DNA of 63,341 bases, the filler included, from Candidatus Woesearchaeota archaeon CG1_02_57_44 (lineage in GTDB: Archaea > Nanobdellota > Nanobdellia > Woesearchaeales > CG1-02-57-44): assembly GCA_001871415.1 (NCBI GenBank). It is 4 parts of 4 records of this genome, joined end to end, with 100 filler letters (N's around TTAATTAATTAA, not from the genome) between each part and the next. Parts side by side here need not be neighbours in the genome. Positions count along the whole stretch, not along the records: positions 1 to 25,777 come from MNWW01000053.1; positions 25,878 to 51,495 come from MNWW01000043.1; 2 more parts are not named here. One strand, written 5' to 3'. Of this stretch, positions 19,267 through 27,961 are shown piece by piece; position 1 is the first letter of the stretch, and every line of letters starts with the position of its first letter. The notes under the pieces are model-generated. The model did no database searches, was not told where the DNA came from, and was given only the letters and a program-made list of their open reading frames with translations. Position numbers and translations under genes: made by a program.

Positions 19267-19327
19267 AGGAGCGAAAATAGAAGTAGGACTGGCCAAAGAA
19301 CAATGCCTGCGTGGCCGTCGCATTCAT
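19265..19327 (-). CDS. Putative Phe/Tyr leader peptide MNATATQALFFGQSYFYFRS
   Basis: ATG AAT GCG ACG GCC ACG CAG GCA TTG TTC TTT GGC CAG TCC TAC TTC TAT TTT CGC TCC TGA; 6 of 9 consecutive codons are Phe/Tyr; directly upstream of the Phe/Tyr operon. Confidence 0.8.
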   Translation of the reverse strand: MNATATQALFFGQSYFYFRS

Positions 19328-19350
19328 GCACCTTCGCAGGTTGCGGGAAG

Positions 19351-19359
19351 TATATAAAA
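19351..19359 (-). promoter_or_regulatory. TATA box of aro leader transcript
   Basis: TTTTATATA ending 23 nt before the leader ATG, a spacing that fits a leaderless transcript. Confidence 0.75.
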
Positions 19360-19488
19360 CTATTGCTCACGACGTATCGTTCACCCTGTAGATGCAAAGA
19401 TATGCAGACGCATTGCTTGCACAAGAAATCCACGATTTCTTTGTGTTACGAAGCGGATGTTCAGATAAGGCTGTTTCTTTATAAAGGC

Positions 19489-19980
19489 TTAGAACTTCCA
19501 TCCTTCAGTTCTAAACATCTCTACAATATCGATGCATTCTACTGATTTTTGCCCGCAAACAAAGGGTATTTTGACCTTATTCCCTCTAAGTTTCTCCTCA
19601 GTTACTACTATTCTTTTAATCTTGAATAGTGTTTGTTGTGACTGTGCTGAGAGTTCTATTGCTAGGGCAATTACCCAAGGATCTGCTGAATGCTTTGCAT
19701 TGACATCGATTAGAGCAGGATAATCTTTGAGAATCTCTTGCACTACCTGTATTTGCCTTGCAGTAGGCGCTTTAAAGAGCTTCTTTTGCTTTTTTGCCCA
19801 TTTTGCTAAGGTGTCGTCATAATCCTGAATTTCCTTAAGGACTTCTCTTGGCGCTATGAGGCGATCATTTTGTATGAGTTCACTGATGTTCTTCCATACA
19901 CTGACATAAACGTCCATTGCGTTATGCTTGTTTAGTTCTATAAGGGAAGAAGTGTCGATGATGTAAACATTAGTAGTCAT
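19489..19980 (-). CDS. PIN-domain protein (DUF4411-like)
   Basis: YIIDTSSLI, REVLKEI, ADPWVIALA, VVTEE, KIPFVC. Confidence 0.85.
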   Translation of the reverse strand: MTTNVYIIDTSSLIELNKHNAMDVYVSVWKNISELIQNDRLIAPREVLKEIQDYDDTLAKWAKKQKKLFKAPTARQIQVVQEILKDYPALIDVNAKHSADPWVIALAIELSAQSQQTLFKIKRIVVTEEKLRGNKVKIPFVCGQKSVECIDIVEMFRTEGWKF

Positions 19981-21131
19981 TTTTTCGCCTTTGAGAGTAC
20001 CTTGTCAAAACTCTTTGATTTGATTGATAAGTAGCTGAGAGCATCGGTATAGGTGATGTAATTCTTGTCATAATTATTTGCGACCAAAGAAATAAACTTG
20101 TTGCCGACTTCAGAAAGGCATCTCACTTCTGATTTTATGCCTCCCCCGCCCTTCTTCTCCATTTCTTTCTTTGGAATTGCTTCTTCTTTGTACTGGCTTA
20201 ATTTTTTCTCATAATCAGTCTTTGTAATGTACTTGAGCTTTAGCATATTTACCAAAAGCATCGCCTTGCTCACTTTATACCTGTTTGAAAGCGTCTTTAA
20301 GATAGCTCTTTGGAGTAATTGCGACTTGTTCTCATCAAAAACAGGTTTAGCTATTTCTTTTGGCAATAGGAATGCTGAGGCGAATTCATTGCACCACCTT
20401 TCGACTTCATCTTTGTATGATGCTGTTGCTTCTGGCAGATCAATGACAGATTCTCCCAATAGAATGTGCCCAAACTCATGCATCATCGAGAAGATTCTTG
20501 CTTCAATAGAGTCTTTTGTATTGACGACTATGACACTTGGCGTTTCATCTGCAAAGACGAATCCTCTTGCATCTTCTACAGGCATGGAGAACTGGAACAA
20601 GAAGATGTTGTACTCTTCCAGAACATCCCTTAAGTAGTTGAACAGCTCATAAGGGTTCTTGAATTTCTTTTGTCTTTCTTCTGTAAGAGTAAAGAGTTCC
20701 CTATACTGCTTGGCTATTGATTCAGGGCGTTCACTGATTTTTATTCTCTTGATCTTTGATCCTGTTTCGTAAGCGATGTTTCTTGAAAGCTCTTTGCTTA
20801 ATTCCTGAAGCTTCCTTGATTTTCTCATGACAAGAATGGTCTTTTTATCAAAAATATTTGTCTTACTTGGAAGCATCCTGTAATCTTTTGGCTTTGGCTT
20901 TTCTTGAAGTGGTTTTGAGAGCAGGAATGACGCGATAGGTCTCTTGAAAATGATTGATAACTCTTCCAACTGCCTGTATGTTGGCTTTTTTTCCTTGTTC
21001 AGGAACTTATCTATAGTCTGAGGGCTTGTCTTAAGACGCTTCGCTACCTCTTCCTTTGTCCATCCTGAACTCCCAATAAGCCATTTCAGGACAGACGGTT
21101 CAATGTCCACGAGGATTTGATTTCTAGCCAT
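19977..21131 (-). CDS. XRE HTH + ImmA/IrrE-family metallopeptidase
   Basis: N-terminal HTH (KPTYRQLEELS); FSMMHEFGH (HExxH); ERWCNEFASAFLLP; low GC. Confidence 0.9.
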   Translation of the reverse strand: MARNQILVDIEPSVLKWLIGSSGWTKEEVAKRLKTSPQTIDKFLNKEKKPTYRQLEELSIIFKRPIASFLLSKPLQEKPKPKDYRMLPSKTNIFDKKTILVMRKSRKLQELSKELSRNIAYETGSKIKRIKISERPESIAKQYRELFTLTEERQKKFKNPYELFNYLRDVLEEYNIFLFQFSMPVEDARGFVFADETPSVIVVNTKDSIEARIFSMMHEFGHILLGESVIDLPEATASYKDEVERWCNEFASAFLLPKEIAKPVFDENKSQLLQRAILKTLSNRYKVSKAMLLVNMLKLKYITKTDYEKKLSQYKEEAIPKKEMEKKGGGGIKSEVRCLSEVGNKFISLVANNYDKNYITYTDALSYLSIKSKSFDKVLSKAKK

Positions 21132-21138
21132 TTTATCT

Positions 21139-21170
21139 ATGCATCACCAACTTAATGCATCACCAACTTA
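21139..21170. repeat. Perfect 16-bp tandem duplication ATGCATCACCAACTTA x2
   Basis: 21139-21154 = 21155-21170. Confidence 0.9.
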
Positions 21171-21358
21171 ATTATGAATATTCCTGCTCCAGTTCCAAAA
21201 ATACTGAACACTAATCCACTGATGTAAAACATACCCGGGAATGTTGGCAGAGATAGCGAACCAATGATGCCACCAACGAAAAACAATACTACAAACACAA
21301 TTGCGTAAACTATTATTTCCTCAATTTGTCCTTTCTTATTATGGATTAAACTTTTCAT
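21152..21358 (-). CDS. Small membrane protein with class III (prepilin-like) signal peptide
   Basis: MKSLIHNKKGQ followed by a hydrophobic helix; second TM segment; GGAG SD. Confidence 0.7.
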   Translation of the reverse strand: MKSLIHNKKGQIEEIIVYAIVFVVLFFVGGIIGSLSLPTFPGMFYISGLVFSIFGTGAGIFIIKLVMH

Positions 21359-21389
21359 TTTAAATTCTCCATGTTTGACGACCCTTGCA

Positions 21390-22487
21390 TCAGCGCACGT
21401 GAGCCAGAGCCCCATGCGGCTTACCATGTTCGGCCAGATACGCGCGCGCATCCCGCACAGGTGTTAGCCGATCGAAGTGTATCGAGTCGGTAGGGCTATC
21501 ACGGTATGCAAGGACAAGAGTACCCTCAGGACTTGCGGCCATGGCCGCATGCAGGCATCCTGCGGTCCCCCGGTTCTCCATCTCAGGACGCAGACGTCCG
21601 GTGAACTCCTCGGTGAGACGGGTTCCTGCAAACATATCAGCGACAACAAGTCTATTGGCATTCATGGCATACACGAACCCTCCTGCGCAGCTGACATCAT
21701 CGATCCAGGAGAGCTTGCGGATAAGCGCATCGGGCTTTCCCGTCTCATCCATGCTGGCCACAGCGAGCCAGGAATTATCCAGGAACGCACCGAGGTAATG
21801 CCGAGAGCCGCGCGCATCCTCCACCGTGCCCAGCACACCAGTGAACTGCCCATAGGCATAGCCACCATGCAAGCCGAAGCGCCGCATATCATCGTAGGAA
21901 TGATCGAGTGAGAAGACCTCGTCTATTGTGCCGGAATCGCGTTCAGCTCTCGCGAGCATGCGATATTCTATGGCTTCCTTGCCGACCACGCCATCCGCCC
22001 CCGGCACCCAGTCAACTGCGTAACCAAGGACCGTATCGCCATCCATCGCCGCGACGCTGTGCAGCTGCCTCATGCCGCCATCGGTCCTGCGCCTCGCGAT
22101 GGGGTAGGTGCCGATCGCATTGCCTGACAGGTCGTATATCGTGCCATCCTGATCGCCAGTGAGAGCATAGCTTGGATAGGATGAAGGCACTTGCGCGAAC
22201 AGCTGACCCTTAGCGACATGGGTGACATAGTGGAATTTTTGCAGGGTAGCCAGCTGCTGGGCAGGCCCTTCATCAAGGGGGACTCGCCAGACCTGCGCCC
22301 CATGAGGGGCATCAGGAGAATAATCCTTGTTTCTATCAGGGTTTGAGAGATGGAGTATGAGCGCGCCCTCAACAATGAAGGAGTGGCCTGTATGGGCGAT
22401 ACTGCCAGGAATCGCTGGCCTGCAATCGCGCACCAGCTCGTATAGGTCGCAAAGCGCTACAGGATCCTGCTGATGTGATGCTGCCAT
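21390..22487 (-). CDS. Hypothetical protein (possibly beta-propeller-like)
   Basis: 365-aa ORF with GAGGT SD; beta-rich composition. Confidence 0.65.
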   Translation of the reverse strand: MAASHQQDPVALCDLYELVRDCRPAIPGSIAHTGHSFIVEGALILHLSNPDRNKDYSPDAPHGAQVWRVPLDEGPAQQLATLQKFHYVTHVAKGQLFAQVPSSYPSYALTGDQDGTIYDLSGNAIGTYPIARRRTDGGMRQLHSVAAMDGDTVLGYAVDWVPGADGVVGKEAIEYRMLARAERDSGTIDEVFSLDHSYDDMRRFGLHGGYAYGQFTGVLGTVEDARGSRHYLGAFLDNSWLAVASMDETGKPDALIRKLSWIDDVSCAGGFVYAMNANRLVVADMFAGTRLTEEFTGRLRPEMENRGTAGCLHAAMAASPEGTLVLAYRDSPTDSIHFDRLTPVRDARAYLAEHGKPHGALAHVR

Positions 22488-22925
22488 GATGCTCGTACCT
22501 CTCTTCGCTCTTCCATACCTATAGATAATACCCTGGAATGGTGATATAAATTATATTGTTTGTGGAACACGACGCCGCATTTCGTGTGCTATTGACCCTG
22601 ATCCCCGACGATGCAGCGATGGACGCGGGAGCAGAAGCCAGGGAACCGACCGTTCGTGGACACGCTCCGCCAGGTGCCGATTCTCGCTGCGTTCTATGGT
22701 CTCCTGCCAGAGCAGCAGCACGGATGAGCGACGCAAGCGATATCTATCCTTGACTCAGGACTGAGGCTCTTTCTGTCCTCGGTCCGCCGATAGCCTAGCG
22801 AGGGTAAAGACGATAGATGATGCTTGAAGCTGCGCATCAAGCAAGCGATAGCACAAGAGAAAAAAGCAGGAAAGAGGATAACAGAAGAAAAAAGCGCTTT
22901 CGCGCCCATCAGTGCGATAGTCCCA

Positions 22926-23741
22926 CTACTTCCCCGTCGGGATAGTGACCTTCATGCCCTTCCACGCGAGGTTGAAGAGCTCCTCGAGCGCGCTGGCGAA
23001 GAACGGGGTGTTCACCCAGATACCCACATCGTAGGTCGGGTGCACTTCCTTGTCATCGAGCACCATGAAGATGACTTCCTTACCGTCGACGACGATGAAG
23101 CGCCCCTTGGTCGGGCTGTTCCTGACCTCGGCCACGTCCTTGAGATCCTTGACCGCGTCAGCGCACTCCTTAGTGAGCTGTGTCGCGATGCGTATCTTGA
23201 CGCCACGCTTCTTGAGCTTCTGGAAGGTCTCCTTGAATCCTTCGACCTTGCGCATCAGGCCCTGCGGCGTGGTCATGATGATGACACTCTCTTCCGCGTT
23301 CCTGACGGTCAACTCCATGTGATTGTAGAGGTTATGCCTGCCGCGAAGGCTGCCGGAAAGGTCTGTTGGCTCAACGAGCTCAACGCCCTGCGTATGCAAG
23401 GTATTAAGTTCCTGGACAATGTCTGATTCCTTGAGCGACTCCAGGCGCTCGATGCGATCGTCAGATTCCTTGCGCATATTCTTCTTGACGCGCTCGACAA
23501 CCTCGGTCGGATGAACAGCGTAATACTTGATGGGCTTGCCGACCTTCATGATGACAAAGCCCTTCTTCTCCAATGACTCGAGCACATCGTAGCTTCTGCT
23601 GCGCGGCACGTTCGCGATGTCAGAGAGCTCGCCTGCGGTGCTGACACCACGCGAGAGCAGCGCGGTCCATATCTTGACCTCATAGAGGTTCAGTGCGAAA
23701 TATCTGCGTAGCTTGCTGAGGAATTCCTCTTTGACGATCAT
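22926..23741 (-). CDS. TrmB-family transcriptional regulator
   Basis: LNLYEVKIWTALL...VPRSRSYDVLESLEKKG HTH plus PLD-like C-terminal domain; GGAGG SD before MIVKEEF. Confidence 0.92.
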   Translation of the reverse strand: MIVKEEFLSKLRRYFALNLYEVKIWTALLSRGVSTAGELSDIANVPRSRSYDVLESLEKKGFVIMKVGKPIKYYAVHPTEVVERVKKNMRKESDDRIERLESLKESDIVQELNTLHTQGVELVEPTDLSGSLRGRHNLYNHMELTVRNAEESVIIMTTPQGLMRKVEGFKETFQKLKKRGVKIRIATQLTKECADAVKDLKDVAEVRNSPTKGRFIVVDGKEVIFMVLDDKEVHPTYDVGIWVNTPFFASALEELFNLAWKGMKVTIPTGK

Positions 23742-23998
23742 GTTTCTCCCTCCGTTCCCCCCGAATGAATGATAAGTCCTGGCAATCACTGCCAAATAAC
23801 ATCTAGGGAAATTGAAACATAACTGGTATTTAAATATTGCTAGTTGCGGACCGAAAACCTATCAGGCAGTATGTGCCTAGAAGCTAGTGGCATCTGTATT
23901 TGTCGTCGGAAAAATAGGGTCGAAGCGTGGTCGGTTATAAGTGACAAGATGAATCTCTAAAATCACAATTACACGAGGACAACAGATAGGGAGCCATA

Positions 23999-25456
23999 AT
24001 GTTTATAATGCCAGGACACAAAAGCAGCCGTATGTGCCAGTGGTACTGCTCTTCCAAGCAAACCTTGTGGACAGGCAGCGCCATGCTTGCGGCCGCAGCG
24101 CTATCACCATGGTCTGCATTCGCCATGGACTTGAGCGGCGCGCTGGGCAACTTCGACTTCGGCCAGGCCCTGGCAGGGGCGGGAAGGTTGTTCGTGCAAC
24201 TGGCGTCCCTGATAACATCTTTGCTCGCAATCGCGAATGTGCGCTATGTGTTGGTCCTGCTAGGGTTGTGGATGATATTCTACCATCTCTTCGCAGCCGT
24301 GGCCCAGAAGCTCAGCAAAGAGCCGCACCATTTGCTGCTGTTGGCGCTCTCCGGGCTCATGGTGCTGGGTGTCAGCCAGTTCGTGCCTGACCTTGGCATA
24401 TCGCTGCAGGCGTCCAGCGGCATCATCCTGATCATCATGCTGCTCTTGCTGCTGCGCCATCCCGTGCTGGCCGTTCTCGCATGGCTTTGGAACCAGGCAT
24501 TCAACCAGGACACGGGTTCGATAGGAGATGCCTGGGACCGCTTCAAGGGAAGCGCCCATGATCTCGGCAGCGACGTGGGAGGAAGACTCAAGGACATCGG
24601 CAGGCGCGTCATCGAGCCGTTGGGCGAGGCCAACAAGCGCATGGGCGAATGGGTGGACGACAAGATGCAACAGCGCCATGAAGAGCGAAAGCGCCGTCGA
24701 GATGAGCATAGGGAGGAAAAACTGCAGCGCAAGGGATTCAAGGCCGAGCGCGGGCTGCCTGCGCTCATCGAGCAGAACGCGAGGCTGGTGCGCGACAGGG
24801 CATCAACATTAGGCGAGAAGGCGGCGAGCATAGTCGCTCTTTTTGATCGCCATCTTAAGGCGCTCATCAAGACGCTGAACGCGTCCACCAAGGAGCAGGA
24901 GCGCCTCATGAGATTATGCAAGAAAGAGGAGCGCTCAGTAAAAAAGGAGCTGGCCGATGCGGACAAAGGCCAGCAGACACTGGCCGCCGCGGCCGACGAT
25001 GAGAGAGCCGCAGAGACAGGCGCAAGAGCAGAAGGATTATCACATGTGGAACAGAGGACCGACGATGCGCAGGAGCAGACGCGTGAGCTTTCAGCGGAGG
25101 AAGAGAAGCAGCGCAACCTGCTGCTTCGGGAGCAGGACACGCTGCGCGAGAAGCAGTCCGCCATCAACACCGCGCTCCATGAGGCACAGAACATGCTGAA
25201 CGCAGCACGCTCGCAACGCGCTTCTTTGGACGAGCCCGCACAGCTGGAGCATCAGCATCAGATGCTGCGGGAAGCATACGAGCGCTACATCCACGCGCGT
25301 GAGGAATACGCGTCATTAGAGAGGACAGTAGACAAAGAAGAGCACGCGGTGGTTGTTGAGGAAGAGGAAGAGCTGAAGAGAGGACATCAGTTACAAGGTG
25401 ATATAGATGAGGAAGGCGATGCCTTAGAAGAAGATATCCACCAGATGGCTGCGTAA
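23999..25456 (+). CDS. Membrane protein with long C-terminal coiled coil (start uncertain, possibly 24083)
   Basis: Several TM helices followed by about 280 aa of E/R/Q-rich coiled coil. Confidence 0.75.
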   Translation: MFIMPGHKSSRMCQWYCSSKQTLWTGSAMLAAAALSPWSAFAMDLSGALGNFDFGQALAGAGRLFVQLASLITSLLAIANVRYVLVLLGLWMIFYHLFAAVAQKLSKEPHHLLLLALSGLMVLGVSQFVPDLGISLQASSGIILIIMLLLLLRHPVLAVLAWLWNQAFNQDTGSIGDAWDRFKGSAHDLGSDVGGRLKDIGRRVIEPLGEANKRMGEWVDDKMQQRHEERKRRRDEHREEKLQRKGFKAERGLPALIEQNARLVRDRASTLGEKAASIVALFDRHLKALIKTLNASTKEQERLMRLCKKEERSVKKELADADKGQQTLAAAADDERAAETGARAEGLSHVEQRTDDAQEQTRELSAEEEKQRNLLLREQDTLREKQSAINTALHEAQNMLNAARSQRASLDEPAQLEHQHQMLREAYERYIHAREEYASLERTVDKEEHAVVVEEEEELKRGHQLQGDIDEEGDALEEDIHQMAA

Positions 25457-25650
25457 GACGATATGATATCAGGAAGGAGACGGACAACGCCTGTGGGCCT
25501 TGGTACGGCACCATCAACACACGCTCATTCTTACTAGCCCACGCTTTGTATTCCACACTATATCATACCCTGCAGCGTTGCGAAAAGCATCACGCCCGAC
25601 CAATAGGTTTATAAGAGGCAATGACAGCTGCAATGCATTGGGGTGATCCA

Positions 25651-25777
25651 TTGATCAGCGCGTTTGTATTGATTGCCGTCAGGGCTGGCCGGGAGAAGAA
25701 GGTACTTGATGAGATACAGGAAGTCAAGGGCATCGAGTTCGTCAACGAGCTCTATGGTGAATGGGACCTTATAGCCA
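25651..25777 (+). CDS. Stand-alone Lrp/AsnC ligand-binding (RAM) domain protein, truncated by gap
   Basis: GGTGA SD, TTG start; AFVLI...G.E..V...VNELYGEWDLIA. Confidence 0.8.
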
Positions 25778-25877
25778 NNNNNNNNNNNNNNNNNNNNNNN
25801 NNNNNNNNNNNNNNNNNNNNNTTAATTAATTAANNNNNNNNNNNNNNNNNNNNNNNNNNNNNNNNNNNNNNNNNNNN
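25778..25877. other. Artificial contig linker
   Basis: 100 nt: N-run, TTAATTAATTAA (stops in all frames), N-run. Confidence 0.98.
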
Positions 25878-25969
25878 CGCGGTATTACCGCGCCTCGTCA
25901 TTGCAGGCGGATTTTTGAATTGCAAAGCACGTCCTGAAGGACGGGGTATTCAACCCCGTGCTTTGCAAT
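25878..25969 (+). repeat. Partial copy of 136-bp palindromic element (same locus as 57392-57527)
   Basis: 25878-25986 is identical to 57436-57544, including 17 nt of unique flank. Confidence 0.95.
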
Positions 25970-26267
25970 AACGTTGTTTATTGAGCGTTTCAGCAAGCGC
26001 CTCTTTTATGAGGTCAAAAGCCTTGATAATCTTTGGATTGGCAATTCTGTAATAGACATGCTTCCCTTTTCGGGTTGAAAGCACTATTCCTTTGGCTTTC
26101 ATGATGGAAAGATGCTGCGATACATTTGCCTGGCTTAGATCTGTCTTGCTGACGAGATCCGTCACAGACCATTGCTTATCTCTTAGGATATTGAGCATCT
26201 CAAGCCTCACAGGGTTTGAGAACACTTTGCACATTTCTGCATGCAGCTCAAAGAGTCTTTTACTCAT
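25950..26267 (-). CDS. ArsR/SmtB-family transcriptional regulator
   Basis: CKVFSNPVRLEML, SQANVSQHL, RKGKHVYYRI. Confidence 0.92.
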   Translation of the reverse strand: MSKRLFELHAEMCKVFSNPVRLEMLNILRDKQWSVTDLVSKTDLSQANVSQHLSIMKAKGIVLSTRKGKHVYYRIANPKIIKAFDLIKEALAETLNKQRYCKARG

Positions 26268-26269
26268 AA

Positions 26270-26291
26270 CATATTAGTGTATTCTAATATG
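26270..26291. promoter_or_regulatory. Putative ArsR operator palindrome
   Basis: CATATTAG-N6-CTAATATG, a perfect inverted repeat between the TATA box and arsR start. Confidence 0.65.
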
Positions 26292-26375
26292 ATTATAAAT
26301 CTTTTGGTGCAGAAATCTTCTTCATAGTTCCAGAGAACTGACCATCACCTTATGCTCGTTGGTGACAGACTTGTT

Positions 26376-26921
26376 CTATCTGATATGCCTGCTGGCAACC
26401 AGCGCCCTGTTCTGCATGGCCTTTTCTGCTTCACCCAGAGCGATTCTTCTCTGGTTTTTCACATCCTGAAGATTGCCATTGCAGATGGTCACAGACTGCT
26501 TGACAAGGGCCTTTAATCTGGCTAGTTCATCCTTGAGCTGAGATACTTCATACGATGCAGCCACTTCCTTGACATTGAATACCTCGTTGACAATATCTCT
26601 CCTGGCCACCATAGAGGTTGTCAGATATCTTTCTGTGCTCCTGAAGGTCTTGTGCCTACCTGTTATCTGGGCGGCAAAGACTCCTCTTTGGTCGCAGGTC
26701 TTCTGCAGAAAGTAATGCCCAAGGGCGTGATAACAGAGCACAGATAACACATGACCATCGTTAGTCCTCCCATATTTGTGATCCAGTCCTGCCTGTTTCC
26801 CGGTCTTCATCAGGTGAACTCTTATAGTGCAAGGGTCCAAGTGTTTCTCTCTGATAGGTCCTGCAAAATCAGCCTTAAAGAATGACAAGGAACTAATAAA
26901 GACAGCCAAGACATCATGCAA
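26376..26921 (-). pseudogene. Tyrosine recombinase/integrase C-terminal relic
   Basis: YHALGHYF (HxLRH with R to G) and GRHK...STERYL (H...Y nucleophile box); N-terminal part absent. Confidence 0.6.
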
Positions 26922-27080
26922 TGGACTTTTCTGCTACGTATCAAAGGCGACCTGACAATCAAAGAACATGTCAACGTGATTTACGAACAACACATCACAC
27001 CATTTGGCAACTCAGCAAAAATTGGAGCGCCAAAGAAATGCATCGGCAAAAGAGCATACGTCATAATCGTTAACGATTAA
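26916..27080 (+). CDS. DUF2080-like transposon-associated small protein (54 aa, not in ORF track)
   Basis: MQWTFLLRIKGDLTIKEHVNVIYEQHITPFGNSAKIGAPKKCIGKRAYVIIVND; TPFGNSAK...PK..IGKRAYVII signature. Confidence 0.75.
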   Translation: MQWTFLLRIKGDLTIKEHVNVIYEQHITPFGNSAKIGAPKKCIGKRAYVIIVND

Positions 27081-27295
27081 TTATGCAACACAGCATTATA
27101 TTAATATGATAATGTTATAACATTAATAACTAAATATTATATATAAATCTTTTGATTTCTATTGTTCCGGATTTACATGCAAAGGCTTGCAGGCCTTATA
27201 CTGTCGAGTGACTGAATAACGGATTTTGGAAAATACATTATTGTTACTACATAGTAGCGAAACATTTAAATAGCACCCTATTTTTGCTCCCCGGC

Positions 27296-27961
27296 ATGGC
27301 AATCCAACCATCCCTTGAGCAACGAGTCAGGAACAGTCTCTTCTGCCTCGCAGGCATCACTGCCGCGGTCGGCCTGAATGGATGCGGAACAAAGACAGAA
27401 GGCCCGATAGCCCCGCTGGATGGCACTCCCTCACAAGCGGCAAGCACCAACAACACCCGGTCAGTGGGCGGCCAGACGATCACTTTCAACCAGGGCTCGC
27501 GTGCCTTTGGCCTGGGCAGGCGCGTTGATGTCACGGTCAAGACCGGGGATGCTGTGGTAAGGTACATCGATGGCAACGGTGATGGGTACGTCGATACGGT
27601 GAGCGTGCAGTCCACTGCAAGCGGACCCACCAGCACCTACAGCAGAGGCAACACATATCTCAACGACGTGATCACCGAGGCCCAGCAGGGCTACCACGAC
27701 GCAGTCAATAGCTCGCAGTCAATAGCTATTGGACAGACTTCAGGGATTCCGCGCTCCAGAACCTTCGCGACGCGCAAGGGAAGGACAGGAACCCGGGATA
27801 GGCGCGATGCGAACAGCACCAGTCGCAGACCACGACGCTCGATCAATAGCCACAGGCAACAGTCTATTCTCCTGATCACATCAGATACACGGGCGTCTGG
27901 TGCGGATGGATGCCCAGTTCCTCGCTTCGTATCTGATTGTAGCTGGCCAGCAACCGCTTGA
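27296..27961 (+). CDS. Hypothetical lipoprotein-like protein (3' end doubtful)
   Basis: TTTAAATA promoter; LNGC lipobox; DGNGDG EF-hand-like loop; 3' end overlaps the opposite-strand gene. Confidence 0.55.
   Translation: MAIQPSLEQRVRNSLFCLAGITAAVGLNGCGTKTEGPIAPLDGTPSQAASTNNTRSVGGQTITFNQGSRAFGLGRRVDVTVKTGDAVVRYIDGNGDGYVDTVSVQSTASGPTSTYSRGNTYLNDVITEAQQGYHDAVNSSQSIAIGQTSGIPRSRTFATRKGRTGTRDRRDANSTSRRPRRSINSHRQQSILLITSDTRASGADGCPVPRFVSDCSWPATA

Noticed and set aside
19188..19545. ORF-track ORFs 19188..19433(-) and 19303..19545(+)
   Set aside because: No recognisable motifs; they run across the TATA box and leader, and the 20-codon F/Y ORF explains the region better
22490..22920. Possible ncRNA (SRP or RNase P) or small gene in the intergenic gap
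   Set aside because: Could not find the conserved SRP or RNase P motifs; short ORFs lack signals
25778..25877. TTAATTAATTAA palindrome within N-runs (also 51496-51595 and 57545-57644)
   Set aside because: Identical 100-nt artificial linker; not biological, and gene adjacency across it is meaningless
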